A stretch of 64,000 nt of DNA from Euglena gracilis (taxonomy: Eukaryota), in NCBI GenBank assembly GCA_039621445.1, contig CP154954.1:13386716-13450715 (forward strand). Direction: 5' to 3'. Both the position numbers and the translations under genes were made by a program. The notes under the pieces were generated by a model, which was not told where the DNA came from, did not search any database, and was given only the letters and a program-made list of their open reading frames with translations. Within the stretch, counting starts at the first letter, position 1, and every line of letters starts with the position of its first letter. Shown piece by piece: positions 1 to 14,452 of this stretch.

Positions 1-982
1 ATCTAAGCTCATAGACGTTGTAGTTGTTTGCCTTTTCAAATGCAATGGTGTTATCTTAATCAAAAACAGCATTTTGTTCAATTAACAAAATGCTTGCATT
101 TTGTGCCGCCCATCAGAAGCAAGGTTTCCATCCTTTCTCCTCCATCCTCAAGCGAAAAGATCCTTGTTCATTCCGGGTTGCGAACCTGCCCTCTACCCAA
201 CAGAAATTTATCACAACTGTGGGCATAATAAAACGACCTAAAAATTTCATCCATACAGACCACCGTTTGTCAGCTGCACCCGGCGCACACAAAAACAAGA
301 GACTAAACACGGGGGGGCTTCACATATTTTCATAAAGATGTTCATTTCTTGGAGCCAGTGTTGTCAGGATTTCGAAAACATACAAAGGGTTCAGAAAAAA
401 ATGATATTTCTCAGGGCAGGGAATTATTAAGTCAGGGTAGGGGGGAGTCGCACCCTTCCCCTGTACAAAGAACTGGGGCTTTAAAAAAAAAGCCCAAAAA
501 ATCTTGCCTTCGCACACTTTTTTTTTATAAAAGAATTGCACCTAATATCCGAAATCTTTGCCCACACCTTGCAAAAAATTACCCCAACGTGTCAAATAAT
601 ATTTTGCCCAGCGCCTTCAAAAACAATTGCCCAAAGGTTCTCAAAAAATTTTCTCACTGCGTCCCACAAATGTGCACTTTGCAAAATTTGTACTCCGTCT
701 TTTTTATTTTTGCTCGATGAAAAAAATGGTTTACATTGCACCAATGGAAAAAGATCCACTGCGGTTGAAGTTTCGGGACGGAGACAAATATTTTTTGGGA
801 TAAGGTGCAAACGTTTTTGAGATAAAATGCAAACTAATTGGTGGCATGTGCAAACTTTTTTGGCAAAAAGTGCAAGCAAAATTAACCGGAAGTGCAAAAA
901 TATATGGTGTGAAGTGTAAAAAAAATGCGCAGTGGTTAAAAAAAAAAATATTTACATATAATATGTTTACATGCGTGTGCTT

Positions 983-1600
983 GTATGTATGTATGTATGT
1001 ATGTATGTATGTATGTATGTATGTATGTATGTATGTATGTATGTATGTATGTATGTATGTATGTATGTATGTATGTATGTATGTATGTATGTATGTATGT
1101 ATGTATGTATGTATGTATGTATGTATGTATGTATGTATGTATGTATGTATGTATGTATTGTATGTGTTGTATGTATGTATGTAAGTATGTATGTATGTAT
1201 GTATTGTATGTATTGTATGTATTGTATGGTAGTATGTATGTATGTATGTATGTATGTATGTATGTATGTATGTATGTATGTATGTATGTATGTATGTATG
1301 TATGTATGTATGTATGTATGTATGTATGTATGTATGTATGTATGTATGTATGTATGTATGCATGCATGCATGCATGTATGTATGTATGTATGTACATACA
1401 TATATACATACATATTTATACATACACATATTACAAATATACATATATACATATACAACATATACATACATACATATATGCATATATACATGTATACATA
1501 TATATATACATATATACATATATACATATATACATATATACACATACATATATACATATACATATATACATATACACATATATACATATATATGTATATA
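983..1600. repeat. (TATG)n microsatellite followed by degenerate (TA/TACA)n
   Basis: Directly visible tandem repeat. Confidence 0.98.
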
Positions 1601-4600
1601 ATTTGGGTTCTCCAAATCTGAAGGGAGTGGTCTAAACACACCCCACCCTCTCCCCCGAGTGGGTAGTCTGGACGCCCCTCCCCTTGCATGATCACAAAAA
1701 AAATTCTGGAGGATAACATCATCACAAAGCAAAATCAGGTGGATAACATCTCCAATTTAATCTCAATATCATAAACATTTTTGATGACCATTTTCCACTG
1801 CAGAACCCCAGGTTTAAATTAGCGTTGGTTTTTGAACAGAGGGATCAGACCCCCCCCCCGGCAGGGCAGAACGGAAAGGCCTGGTGGGGGGGTCGACCCC
1901 CCACCCAGGAGGTGGGGGGGGGGGGGCGGTCGATCCCCCCCACCCACCACAGCATTTTCACCAATTTCGGGAAAACGGGGATTTTGGCCGGAAAATTGAA
2001 TTGAAATTGAAATTGAAATTTTTTTTGGAAAATGAACCCAAAACACATGATTTTTTGATGGAAACCCAGATTTTTTTCAGAAAAAATCTCAAAATTTTCA
2101 GGGTTAAGAATTGATCGTTTTTAGGAGGGGGGTGAAAAAAAAACCGAAGGTCAAAAAAAGTGGACCAAATTTTGGTACAGTCAAATTTTACTGAGATTTT
2201 TTCTCCTTTAATTTTTTTCGATTTTCCATGGCATTTTTTTTAACTTCAAAAAACCTCTCGAAATAAAAAATTTTGAGAAAATGTCGAATTTTTGGAAGGT
2301 GTGAAAAAAATGGGGTTTTGAGGGGTTTTGGAGGGGGACCTCCCATGGGTCCCAAAATGGGTCAAAAAAAATTTTGGGTCAAAAATTGGTGCTCCCGGAA
2401 ATAAGGGAAGGACATAAATGATAACAAATAATAAAAATAATAATACCATGCCCCCCCAAGCTGTCATCGCCCCCCCCCCGTTCCCCTGTTCCCACCCAAA
2501 ATAGGTCAAACATGGGCAACAGTGGGTTGGAAAAGGGCTGGCCAGGGGAAAAAATTCGGGATTAAAACAGATGGATTTTTTTTGCATAGTTGGCAGTTTT
2601 TTGGACTTTTTTTGCGATCTCGTTTTTTGGCACCCGGTTTGACCCCAGCTTGGGCCCAGCTCCAGCCCGCGACCCCTATGCTATGGGGGGGGGGGGGTCA
2701 GCTAGCATCCCTTTTCCAGCCAGTCCAAATTCTCCGGCCTGTGGGCTGGGTTGTTAAAGCCCTGTTTCAGGCACCAGCTAGGCCCAGCCCAGCAGCCGGT
2801 CAGACCCACCCTCTGGGCACCCTTTTCCCAATCAGAACCTTTCTCCAGCTGGTGGGCTGGATACCCTCCCTTTTCTGGGGGCTCAATGGATACGTTCCAT
2901 TGGGCCCCGGGTGTCCCGGGGGTGGGAATAACACGGGGGGGATAAATAAATAATAAAAATGAAGTCAAAAACAGCACATTTGAAAATTTTTTAGCACATA
3001 TGAAAAAAATTATAAATTGAAAACACACAATGAAACATAACACATGGAATATAACAAAAAGAAAAAAATGCCCCTTGCAGGGAGATACGGGAAGCCCTGA
3101 GGCCGGGACACCCCCTCCTCATCAGCGAATTCTTAAGGCCATTTTTGCCCCCCGAAAGCGAAAAATACATTACCGTCCTGCCGCCCTTCGGGCGACTGGA
3201 AATAAATAATCCCCGGAATCCCCGGCTGGAAAAGGGCTGCTGGCTGGAAGAAGGCTGCAGGCTTGCAGGACCCCCCGGGGGGTCAAATTTTATTAAGCTG
3301 CGCCGTGGCCCGAAAAAAGGCCAAAGCCCAAATCCAGCTACATTGGAATTTATCAAAATCAAAACTCAATCAGAAATCGAAAAGCAATCAAATTTGAAAG
3401 CGAAAAGGTTGGTGACCTTCGTCTTAAGAAATTCCTGGCTCCCCATACATGCCACCCTGTCATATCTAGACGGGTTAAATGTCGACGAGACAAAAGTCGT
3501 GGGGGGCCGGACCACCCACCCTCCTGTGTGCACTGTGGCTGCTTTTTTGGTGCCTATTATCCTTTCTTCTGGCCTGGCGCTGTTGTTCGCCTCTGGCCCT
3601 TTTTGTCTGTGTATGTGTATGTGTATGTGTCTCTGTATGTGTCCCACCCTCCCCGGGGTCACCAAATTTAAAAACCTTTGGCTGGCATTGGGAGCAGTGC
3701 TAAACTGCCCATTGTTTGTTAAAAGAAAGAAAGCAAGCAACCAAGAAAAAAAGTATGTTTGTAAGAAAAACGATTATGTTTGCAGAAGCAAAAATAATAA
3801 GGGTCATTTCAGTCATTTGTCTTTGTTCTCCAGTGGAGGAAATACACCATGCAAAATGTAAATGACAATTCATAGAGAAAACTGAGCCATAGCACAATTA
3901 TATTATAAAACAGAAAAGCAGTCGGAAAAATATTTTAAAAAAAACGGGAAGTGGTGCCTTTTCCCCTCTGTGTGTGCTGTCAAGTGGACAATGGATATAT
4001 AATAAGCACTTCACAGGGATTAACCCCCCCCAATAGAAGAACGGGTCCACTACAAGTGCAGGGTGCAAATAAGAGCATACCCCCCGCCGCCGAAGGCAGC
4101 GGTACGCTGCAAGCGCACCCCCATTTGAATGGTATTTCTGAAAGAAATCACGCAGGTAGGCTCCAAATAGAAGCCCCCCCCCCCGCCGCCGCCGCCGGAG
4201 CCGCAGTTCACTAAGCGCACCTGCGCTTCTATTGGAGGGGGTTAATTTGTTGTGAAACATCAAAATCCTTTCGCATCTTCATCCATCAATAACTCTCTGA
4301 GCACTTTTTCTTTGCTTTTCCAACAATTTTTTTGTTTGATGAGAGTTATGTTGTCATGGTTTGATAGCGACATTAGACAAATCCGACATTAGGCTGGTCG
4401 ACATATGCAAAGGGAAATAACCTCCTCTGCACAACAAGACAATTCAATAAAAACATTGGAGAAATCACAAAAATCCATCAAATTGGGTCAGGGGAAAAGT
4501 TAAACAGAGCATTCATTGAGAAAAATGGTCCAAAAATGCAAAAAAAAAAAAATACTTGGGAGGCCTGATGAAGCGCTTTTGGGGTCGATTTTGGACCTTG

Positions 4601-6467
4601 AAAATTATGGATTCATGCGGGATTATGAAGTCAAAAAGTTTCACCCCTGTGTAATGTATAATTATAAAAGAACGCAAAATACGAGATGCAAGAATGATAA
4701 AAAATGTTGTCTGAAGCAGAAAACAACTGTTGGAAATGCTTTGCTTGGTTGGCCTTTACTTTTTCAGGTTCTGGATAATTTCGGAATATGCGGGATTGTG
4801 CGGAGGGTATTTCCTCCGCATGGATAAATGCAACCACTAACACCCACATACCACAAAGTAATGGCGGACTTGATGCCCTTCAAACTGGGACGTCAAGACA
4901 GGTGAAGAGCATTCCTGAGGATGTTATGAAAGCAGTTGTGCAATACAGCGAGAATTGTGACGTCATTTGCCACACAAAAAAGTGGATTGGAAACAAAAGG
5001 ATTGGAAATATTTTGTGGATCGCCTTGGTAACATTTGGCGACACTATGAGCGCAGCATTGTATTGTGCCCAGGAACGATGTTTATGGTTTATTGACCATG
5101 CGTCCCAGAGGCCAGTTTGGCAGTGGAGCCAGAGCCCCCGTTCATCTGTATGTCCCAGACGGTAGTTTGCGTGTAAAAGCTGGCGTCTGGGACACAATTC
5201 TTGATTTTTGGACTCCGTACCTTTTTTGAGCAAATTGATTCGGAAAAAAAATTACCCTAAAAATTTGCCAAAAAGCAGCAGAGTCGGGAAAACAAAACCC
5301 TTTTTTCAAGGGACCAGGTGTGTTGCAACAGTAAATCAAAACCTCATTGCGTGAGGTATTGCACAGGCTTGATTTTGTTTTTGAAAACTTTGAGGACCCA
5401 CTTTCGCGGTTTTCCGTCCTTTTCTGGACCATAAAACGAGGCATGACTCAGGCTGGGTGAAAAAAAATCTGGATTCATGTGAGGGTTCAAGGAAAGCGGG
5501 ACTAAACAGGAGTTGCGGGTTCAGGAGTCGGGTCATATCAAGTCTCCCAAGCCATCCAACTTGGGAGGGGGGAGTCTGGAGGTTTTTTATGGTGGTTTTC
5601 ACTCTACCCATAAAGGGATGAGGTGTCAGCGTGCCCTCACCCCCCCCCCCTGATTGGCCACCTTGGACCCCCAAATGGCAATCTGGGGGGGGGGCAATCT
5701 GGCACGGGGGCCCCCCATTTTTGACCAAAATGGCCAATTTGGGGGGGGGTGAAAAAAAAATTCCCCAGGCCGGAAGGTCAATTGGGGGAAAATGGCCAAA
5801 TTGGCACGGTAATTTTCCAAAACCGGATAGCCAATTTGGCCATTTGGGGTGCTTTACAAAACCCAAATGGCCAACCTGAGGAGGGGGGGGGCAATCTGGG
5901 GGGGGGGGGGGGCAGATGGAACAACATCAACAGGAAGAAAACAACAATGGATCAGTTCACTTTTGACATGATTTCGGTCGGGGGCTCCTGTACAACATGG
6001 TGATCCCATCCCATTTTTTTTGCATTCTTGCTTTATTTTGTGTTGTCAAATGCAATGGTAGTTTCGAAAATTTAAGGCATTAGCTTTGCGCTCTTTTTGT
6101 TTATTTACTTGCAGTGCTGTACATTGCTCACCAGCTTGCAGGGAGGGGGTCAGGGCATCGCCCAAGCCAGAGGGTTCCCCATCCCCCGGGGGTCCAAGCC
6201 AGTCTGTGCCATGCACCCCCCACACACACAGAAAAGTGGGAAGAGGGCAGGAGGCAAGAGCAGCACGGCGCAAGGGTGTAGACCTACCCTCGGGAATCAC
6301 ATCAACCACACAAGGTGAGTGTATGTCCCTACAGCACTGGAATTACACCAGAGTTGCTCACCCAGCCACGCGGAGCAACACAAGAGCACTGGTGTAAGGG
6401 GTCCCTGGCCACTCACCACCAGGCTTTTTTTTACCGACCGGGGAGGGAGGGGGTGGGTCAGTGCTAC

Positions 6468-7201
6468 CATGGTTTCCCACATATTCGTGCTAGGGACCCT
6501 CAATTCTGCTTCGTGATTATTCGTGATTATTCGTGATTATTCGAGATTATTCGTGCTACCCAAAAATCGCCCGGTTCTTCAATAAACCTGCCCAGAAACC
6601 CCAATGCACACTCCTCATCTGACTTGTGTATCACCTCCAACGGCAGAAATATCAAAAACGAAGCTTTTTTGCCACCTAGATTGCACAACAATCTTGAACA
6701 TGAAGTAAAGCAGACAGAAAGCGACGCCAATGAATGACGTTGTTGCCGAAGCGTGTGGTGTTGCACTGTGCTGTCCATGGGCAGAAAGGGTCAGATCATA
6801 TGTTGAACAGAGAAGCGCTGCTCAACATCGGAACATCATGACAGCGGCTTGACGCAATGTCTTCCACAAACTTTGGCTTGAAATCTTGCAACATCGCCCA
6901 ACCCACTAAGGCAATCACAAAAGCCAAAAATCATAAGAGTTGGGATGGCATCTGAGCAGCACACTTGTGGGCCGTCATATTTCCACCTTCCCTTTTGAGG
7001 AGGATTGCTCTTTGATTGAGGCGTCATTCTCAGAAGAAGACATTCTGCAGTGAGAACAAAAAAAACTGATCCAGGTCGTTTGTGGAAATTTGTGATTATT
7101 CGTGATTATTCGTGATTATTCGTGATTTTGGTAAATCCCCAAATTCGTGCTGGTCGTGATTATTCGTGATTATTCGTGGCACGAATTTGTGGGAAACCCT
7201 G
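6468..7201. mobile_element. Non-autonomous TIR transposon (hAT-like), 7-bp TSD
   Basis: TIR CATGGTTTCCCACATATTCGTGC / GCACGAATTTGTGGGAAACCCTG (2 mismatches); TSD GTGCTAC on both sides; subterminal GTGATTATTC tandem repeats; minus-strand remnant CSDVEQRFS (~6810-6836) resembles the hAT dimerisation motif. Confidence 0.85.
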
Positions 7202-8142
7202 GTGCTACAGGGTGCCTATCCATGGCACACCCCGGGGGTTGGGGGGGGGGGGCAGCCGGGGGTGCCAAGGGTCGGGTGGGTCCTTGCCAAAAGGATAAAG
7301 AAAATGGGATCGGGGTGCCTGCCCAACCCACCCCCAACCCACCCACAACCCACCCCGTGGGTAGGCGCCCGACTAAAAAAAAAAAAGCCTGCTCACCACA
7401 CAAACACAAATGGATTTTTGGCTTTAGCAGGTGCAAAAATGGGCCAAAAATTATCAAAGTTGGGTCAGATTTGGGCTGGCGGCATATTTTTGGCCAAATA
7501 TCGATGTTTTCAGTGATTGGCGGTTTGGGATTATTTGCCGTTGCGATTCTTTGGTATCCGGTTTGACCCCAGCTCGGGCCCATTTCCAGCCGGGGGACCC
7601 CCATGGGGTGGGGAAGGGGTGTCAACCAGCAGCCTTTTTCCAGCCAGCCAAAATTTTCCAACTTCTAAGCTGGACCCCCCCCCCGGAGGGGTCGCGAAGC
7701 GACACCTTGGGAGGGGGGCAGATCTATTTTTTAACGCTTTTGATCCCCCATTTCCAGGCAAATTTAGTCATAAACCAAGCCCCAGACGTCCTGTCCAAGG
7801 AAAGAATCCAGCCAAAAACACCCACACTCTTTTTTCCTTTCAGTTCCTTCAGTCCTTTCATTTCAGTTTTCATGATCATTCAGTTAAATCTGTGCTCCCT
7901 GGAGATGTGTAATCAGGGCTCGGCATCTATTTGTGGAATTTATCTATCTGTGGAAGTTACCAGCTTTTCAAAAATTATTCCTCAATTTCAAGAACCACAA
8001 TATGTGAGCAGCTTAAACCTGGGAAAGGAACCACTCTTTAAGTAAGTGTATTTGTCATCGAAATAGCCATCAGAGAGTATTTCAGTTGAAAACCCTTGAT
8101 TCCCTAAAAACTGTTATTGGTGAAACGTCGATGCCGCCACCC

Positions 8143-8372
8143 ATTGTAAACCCCCCAAATAACACCCCCCCCCCCCAAGAACACCCCCCAAATAACACAC
8201 CCCCCCTCGGGGGCCGATTTCGAGCGCCGAAATAACACCTCCCCCCCGTTCTCCTTTGGTTTTCCATGTAAAAATAACACCCCCCCCAAATAACACATCC
8301 CCCTCTGGGGCCACAGTTCGGGTGCCCAAATAACACACCAGGGGGGGGGGGTTATTTGGGGGGGTTTACTCA
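8143..8372. mobile_element. MITE (GTAAACCCCCCAAATAA family)
   Basis: Inverted ends GTAAACCCCCCAAATAAC / GTTATTTGGGGGGGTTTAC; related copy at ~32966-33364. Confidence 0.65.
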
Positions 8373-10037
8373 GATTTAACACTGCATGCCATTGCACCCC
8401 TGGATCTAAAGCTTCGATCAAAAGCTTTTTTCAGCGTCTTTTGACAGATGACACAGCATTCAAACATCTCTTATTTTCGATGATCTTGTGTCGGTGATCA
8501 GTTGCTTCAAAAATCAAAAGGGGTGTTCCCCCCCGCGTCCCCCAAGTTTCCAAATCACCTCCGTTAAACCCCCAACTCCCCGCGAGGTCCGAGTTATTCA
8601 GCCGCGAAGGGGTCCAAACTGGGTTGGATTGGCCCGCCGCACCCCTCTTCCGACTCTGCCATTTCACCAGGGTGAGATTTTCGGTCAAAAAATGATTTTT
8701 CCAAAATATCTCAAGAAAACGTACATTATTTCCGGAAATGTCGGTCTGCCGAAATGTACCCCTGGAGGCCCTCTATCACCCCCCGATTGCTGTTTTGGCT
8801 GCAGAGGCGGCTGTCTCGTGTTCCGGCGCGCTTTTGTGGCCCAAAACGGCCATTCTTGGGGTGCCATTTTTTTGCTCAAAAAATCGGGTTTTCCAAAAAT
8901 ATCTCGGCAATGAAGCAAAATCAAAGGAAATGTCCGGAGAGCAAAAATGAAGCCCTTGGAATGCCCTGTCTTAACTTTTCCCCCAACTATTTGTGTAGCC
9001 CCAGTTTCATATCCGGGGCCATTTTGGGCTGTTTTCAGGGTCAAAAAAAACGACGCTTCAAAAATATATGTATATATCTCTCTCGGAAATGAAGCAAAAT
9101 CAAGGAAATGTCCGGAGTCCAAAATTGAGGCCCTTAAAATGCCCTTCCTCGCAACTCCCCCCCAAATGACGGCCATTTTCGGCCAATTCTGGCCATTTTG
9201 CACCGTTTTGGCCTGTTTTGACTTGGCCGTTTTCGGCCATTTTTAGGTCAAAAAAGATCGAAAAAAAAAACGAAAAAATTTTGCCCAAAACGATGTTCTT
9301 TGGCCTCCCGGACCTGGAAAAACTGTTTTTGAACCGAAAATGAGCGTTTTTCGACTCCCCGGTGTTTTTGGCCTGAAACCTGTGGATTTTGGGTCATTTT
9401 CGGGTCAAAAAGGTTAAAAAAAAATTAATAAAAAAAATGCCCAAAACCATGTTTTTTGGGCATCACAGACCCGGGAAAAAGCTGTTTTTGAGCCCAAAAT
9501 GAGCGTTTTCCGACCCCCGGGCACCAAATTACAGGTGTGTAACTTGTAAATCATAAATAATGCGAAATTCGCAATGCTCTCTTTTCGGTAGTCCATTGCG
9601 TGCAAGTCCCATCAAGAGCTCAGCACTATTCAAAACTCAAATAGGGACGGATGGTACATGTACTCATAAAAGAATTTGGTGCAAAACCTTGTGTGCGGTT
9701 TTTAAAAAGTATTGTTAAAATCGAGGAAAACGGGGGGGACAGCATCCAAAATAAACAAATTGCCAACTGTGTATGTTTTTCATATATTATGCACTTATTA
9801 TGTGTTATTATGTATATTAAATCATATTTATCATACATTATAAATATTACATAGCACATAGTATATATATATATATAGTGTGTATATGTATATGTGTATA
9901 TATATAAATGGCAAGTGTTAAGTTCAGTACCCCCTTAGTTGCACTAAGGCTTCTTGTCTGTTTATGGCCGGCGCTAACTTCGTTAAGTTTAGTACCCCCC
10001 CCGGGGGGTACTAAACTTGACACCGGGTTTGGCACGA

Positions 10038-10116
10038 CCCTTACCCTAACCCTAACCCTAACCGTAACCCTAACCGTAACCCTAACCCGAACCCTAACCC
10101 TAACCCGAACCCTAAC
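10038..10116 (-). repeat. Interstitial telomeric repeat (CCCTAA)n with CCGTAA/CCCGAA variants
   Basis: About 13 hexamer units. Confidence 0.9.
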
Positions 10117-10705
10117 GGAGAGAGAGAGAGAGGGAGAGAGAGAGAGAGGTGAGAGAGAGAGAGGAGAATGAGATAGGAGCAGGGGAGAGAGAGAGAGGGA
10201 GGAGAGAGGGAGAAGAGATGGAGAGAGAGAGGAGAGAGCAGGAGAGAGAGAGAGAGAGAGGGGGAGAAGAGCCCTGGGGGGGGGTACTAGATCGAGAGTA
10301 TAATATATATAGAGAGAGTATATAGATCTATATAGATATATTATATCTATATCTATATATATCTATCTAGATATACTATAGAATATATATAGATAGATAT
10401 ATATATATATATATAACCTGATCATATCTATATATATATATATTCTATATATCTATATCTACACACAGATATATACCAGCCACACACAGATAACATATAT
10501 ATACAACATAGCTATGTACATAGTATGTATGTACTAGTAGTATATATATATCTATCTAGCCGTATATAGCCCGTATATATATATATGATACCTATATAGA
10601 GAGAGAAACATAGATATACACTAACATATATACATATATATATAAACACACAAATATATATACGTTATGTGTATATATACATATATATGTATGTATATTA
10701 CATAA
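10117..10705. repeat. Degenerate (GA)n then (TA)n low-complexity tract
   Basis: Directly visible. Confidence 0.9.
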
Positions 10706-12089
10706 AAATGATTATTATTTCATCTTTTTTGAACTTCTGAGTCATTTTCGCCTTAAAAATTCTCTCCCTGAAAAAGGAAAAGGTCAAATAATTGCTTTCT
10801 TTCATTTTTTCTTTGACAGTTTTGGTGTTCAAAAAAAAACTCATTAGGATTCAAAATGTGGTTTGGGTGTTTCATAATGAGGATTTTCAATGAAATTTCC
10901 CTGCTTTTTCATGTATTTGGGTGTTATTCCTCAAAAAAAAAAACACACACACGTTGTTTGCCTTTTCAAAATAAAAACAAGCATGCAACATAATTCAACA
11001 TCACCGCCACTGCAGATTGATGCAAAAAAAATGGTTCCGCATTGGGGACTAGGCGTGCCACTTGCCAAAAGCCCCTTACCCCTCGCGCAGCGGCGAGCTC
11101 CATGGCGCAACACCACATCTTCGAAAAAAGGCCAAAATTTGGCCTGCGCTCCAACGCACACCCCCCCCCAGTCCCCCCCCCCTGTCTGACTGTCAGCCAG
11201 CCGTGTTTCAAAAGAAATGTCTAGCAACCAAAACCAAAAATACTTTGGGGCCTCCACTCACGTCAAATAGGTCACTAAAAACTAAGACTAAAGCCCCCTC
11301 CCGATTGACCACGTTTCATGGCTCTCGTATGCTGTTCATTTATATTTGTAACAAAATTTTAATGCTTCTGTTCATCAAATACTGAAATACTATGGCATTT
11401 CAGATGATTTTTTGTGCTTATGTTATCCAAATTTCCCCAAAAATGCATCATTTTTCAGATTTTTTTCCCTTGCAAAGGGGGTCTCAAAGTCATTTGGACC
11501 GATCATTTTTCAGCCTTCCGCCTGCAAAGTTATTTGGGCACGCAAAGCTTTAGGGCACTGCAAAGTTATTTGGATCAATGGTTTTGGGTGCTGCCCAAGT
11601 AACTTTGCAGGAGGTCAGGGATCGGCCCACTAACTTTGCAGGGGGGCAAAGTCATTTGGGGGGGTTAAATGATCCAGTTAGGACCAAAAAGACACCCTAC
11701 GATCCAGTTGAAATGATCCAATTAACCGGGCAGTCTAGGACCCCCCCCTTTCCAAAATGAGCCATCCATTTGGTTACCAGAAAATGAGCCTGCCCCCCCC
11801 CAAAAAACCTCGAAACACTCGAAACAAAAACTAATTTGTTGTTTTAGAATCAAGTTGTCAAACAAATGACATGTTCCAAACCAACTATCCAGTTCGGCGC
11901 CCGAGCCCTCCCCCCCCCTTGAACTGGTCCATCCAGGTCGAAACGATCCAGACCCCCCTGCCTGGTTACCCTGGGGCTGGTAGTTGTCCATACAACCCAG
12001 GTTCAATTCTTTACTTTTTGTGTTTTTTTGTGTGTCATTTTTGTCCCTTTTTTTTTCATCATTTTTTCCTGATTTTTCATTTTTTTTAC

Positions 12090-12500
12090 ACCTATCGTCT
12101 GACATGTTTGCCCACAGATGGCAAATACATTTGCCAGCTCAAAAAAAAGGTCCAAAGGTCTCAAAAATTTTGGCGCCACGCCCCGAAAATGTTTTCACTT
12201 GTTCCGAAAAAATCTGTGCACTCCGTCGTTTTATTTTGCACAATGAAAAAAAAACGCTGCACTGGACAATGCGAAAAACATCCACGTCAATTGAAGTTTC
12301 AAATGGCAAATATGCAAAACACCCGATGCAAATGCAAAAATTTTCGGAGCGGAGGCAAACATTGTTGGGATAAAATGCAAACATTTTTGAGATAAAGCGC
12401 AAACAAATTGGTGGCATGTGCAAACATTTTTTTGATAAAGTGCAAAAAAAAATTGACCGAAAGTGATAAAATATGCGGTGTGAAGTGCAAAAAATTCGGT
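12090..12500 (+). repeat. Dispersed AT-rich repeat (copies at ~540-940 and ~19595-19825)
   Basis: Shared TCCAC...TTGAAGTTTC and TTTTGAGATAAA...AATTGGTGG blocks. Confidence 0.75.
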
Positions 12501-14207
12501 CATTAGGTGAGATTTTTTATTCTTCATTTTTCACTCATTTTATAATTTATTACTGTCCTCATAAATGACACCCCCGACACCTTGAAAATCCCCCCAAGGG
12601 GTGTCATTTATGTTGGGGGTCCAAAATCCTTGGGAGGTTCACCGGCGGTTGAAAAAAAAATTCCGATTCCGGAGGGGGTAGTGTCCCTTATGGGGGGGGG
12701 GGTGAAATTGTGGGGTGGGGTGCTTTCAATGCTTGCGTCCAATGCTTTAGGGGCTCATTTAGGAGGACACATGTGGGCACCTCTGGATTGCTTTGGTGAA
12801 GGTGAACGGGATTGGGATGACGGTGGAGAAAATTGGACAATTTGTCCCGTTCGCTTGGGGATGGCTCTGTGGACTGCAGGAAAACAACTGGGCAGGCCCA
12901 CAAACGACAAACATTGGCTGACCCTTGCCCCGCCCCCCAAATTGGCTAATTGGCCTCCAGGACAAGGTCACGAAAAGGGCTCAGAAAACCTGCAAAAATG
13001 TCTGTTTCGAAATTTTAATTTGCCGGACAAGAAAAGGTCATGACCAATACAACTGTGCACAAAAAAATCGACCAATTTTGCACAGGAAAATGAATTAGGG
13101 GTGTTCCCAAGCCCCCCCCCCCCTCAATTGTCTGCTTGTGCCCCCCCCCCAATCGTTGTTATGGCGTCCTTTGTGATGTGTGGTACGCATTTTTGTTGTA
13201 AGGTTTCAATTCTTTGAAATTTGCATGTGATTTGGGTTAAAATAGGGGGCGGTTGTATGGGGGAGGAAAACACTTTTCATTTTGTACAATTATTCCGAAA
13301 TGTGGCGGGAGATGTGGACGTGGACTATTTTCCCTATGACCTCCCCATTCCATGCAATACCCCTCACGCCGGGGCGCGCGCCCTCCCCCCTGCCCCCCCC
13401 CCCCGGACCCCCCCCCTTGGGGACTTCGGGTTCGGTTCGGGCGTGAACCCGGCGTCTTGGGGGACCCAAAAGAAAAAGTGCCAAAAAGTGTCCAAAAGGG
13501 TTTGTAGACATGTGGTTATCATATTTCAGTAGTTTTTGGGGGTCTTTGGCCAGAAATTGGGGTTTTTTGTGCAATAATTTCCTTTTGGCCAATTTTGGGG
13601 AATTTCTGAAATAGAATGCCATGCAGCACGGCTGAAATCTAAGGCCATCTGCTGAAAGCCCTTGAGAAGAGCTTTCGATCGATGGGCAACATGGCAGCTG
13701 AAAAGTCGAAAGCCCTTGAGAAGAGCTTTCGATGGATGGGCAACATGGCATCAGAAGTGTGGAATCTACCAATTTTGACCGGCGGCCAATTTGGACCCAA
13801 AGTCTTCCAAAACTGCCCAAAACATGGGTATTTGGGCGACATTGGCCGTGATTCCTCAGACGCCGGTTCGGGCGTGAACCCGGAGCCCCCTAGAAACGGG
13901 GGGTCAAGACCCCCCCCCCTGCTTGGTCTCCATACCGGCGTACGGTGGTGCAACAGGCCTCGGTGGCGATGGATTCTTCCAGCATCGGCCATAGTGCCGC
14001 CTGACATTGGCGGAGAAGAAACGAGGCGGGTGGCACGCATTGAAACAATTTTGAAACAAACAAACAATCTATCAGAAAAAGGTGGGGTCGCCGGTTCTGT
14101 CATAAACCGGGCGTTTGGGACAGGTTTACAACAGAACTAGTCCCCCACCTCTTTTCGAACACAGCGTTTTTGACCAACCTTCAATCAAAGGAGCCCCCCC
14201 CACTCTA

Positions 14208-14452
14208 CAGGGCAGTACGGAGGCCTGGTGGGGGGAGGTCGACCCCCCCCACCCATCACAACATTTTCACAGATGTTTTTTAACAATCCACCCGGCGCCA
14301 AAGGTGCCGGGGAAAAAAGTTTGGAGTCAAAAATTGGTGCTCCCGGAAATATGGGAGGAGGTGGTGGGGGGGGGATGGTCGACCCCCCCACCCACCCACC
14401 ATGCAGGGGGTGGGGGGTGGTCGCCCCCCCCACCCACACCCGTACTGCCCTG
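14208..14452. mobile_element. MITE with 13-bp TIR
   Basis: CAGGGCAGTACGG/CCGTACTGCCCTG; flanks CACTCTA/CCCCCTA (5/7, degenerate TSD); a related left end starts at 1862. Confidence 0.7.

Noticed and set aside
731-1732. Long ORFs of YIHT/MYVC repeats (also 52610-53232)
   Set aside because: Translations of (TATG)n microsatellites; only 53014-53091 of the second region is a real exon.
4560-5450. Possible degenerate transposase-like sequence (also ~41930-42420)
   Set aside because: Multiple stops and no motif I can name with confidence.
10730-10752. ACTTCTGAGTCATTTTCG loosely resembles the Euglena spliced-leader exon
   Set aside because: Needs several deletions to match and is not followed by a GT donor or SL RNA body.
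13654-13750. 54-bp tandem duplication encoding KALEKSFRxMGNMA twice
   Set aside because: Real repeat, but no recognisable protein or exon boundaries; probably a decayed element.
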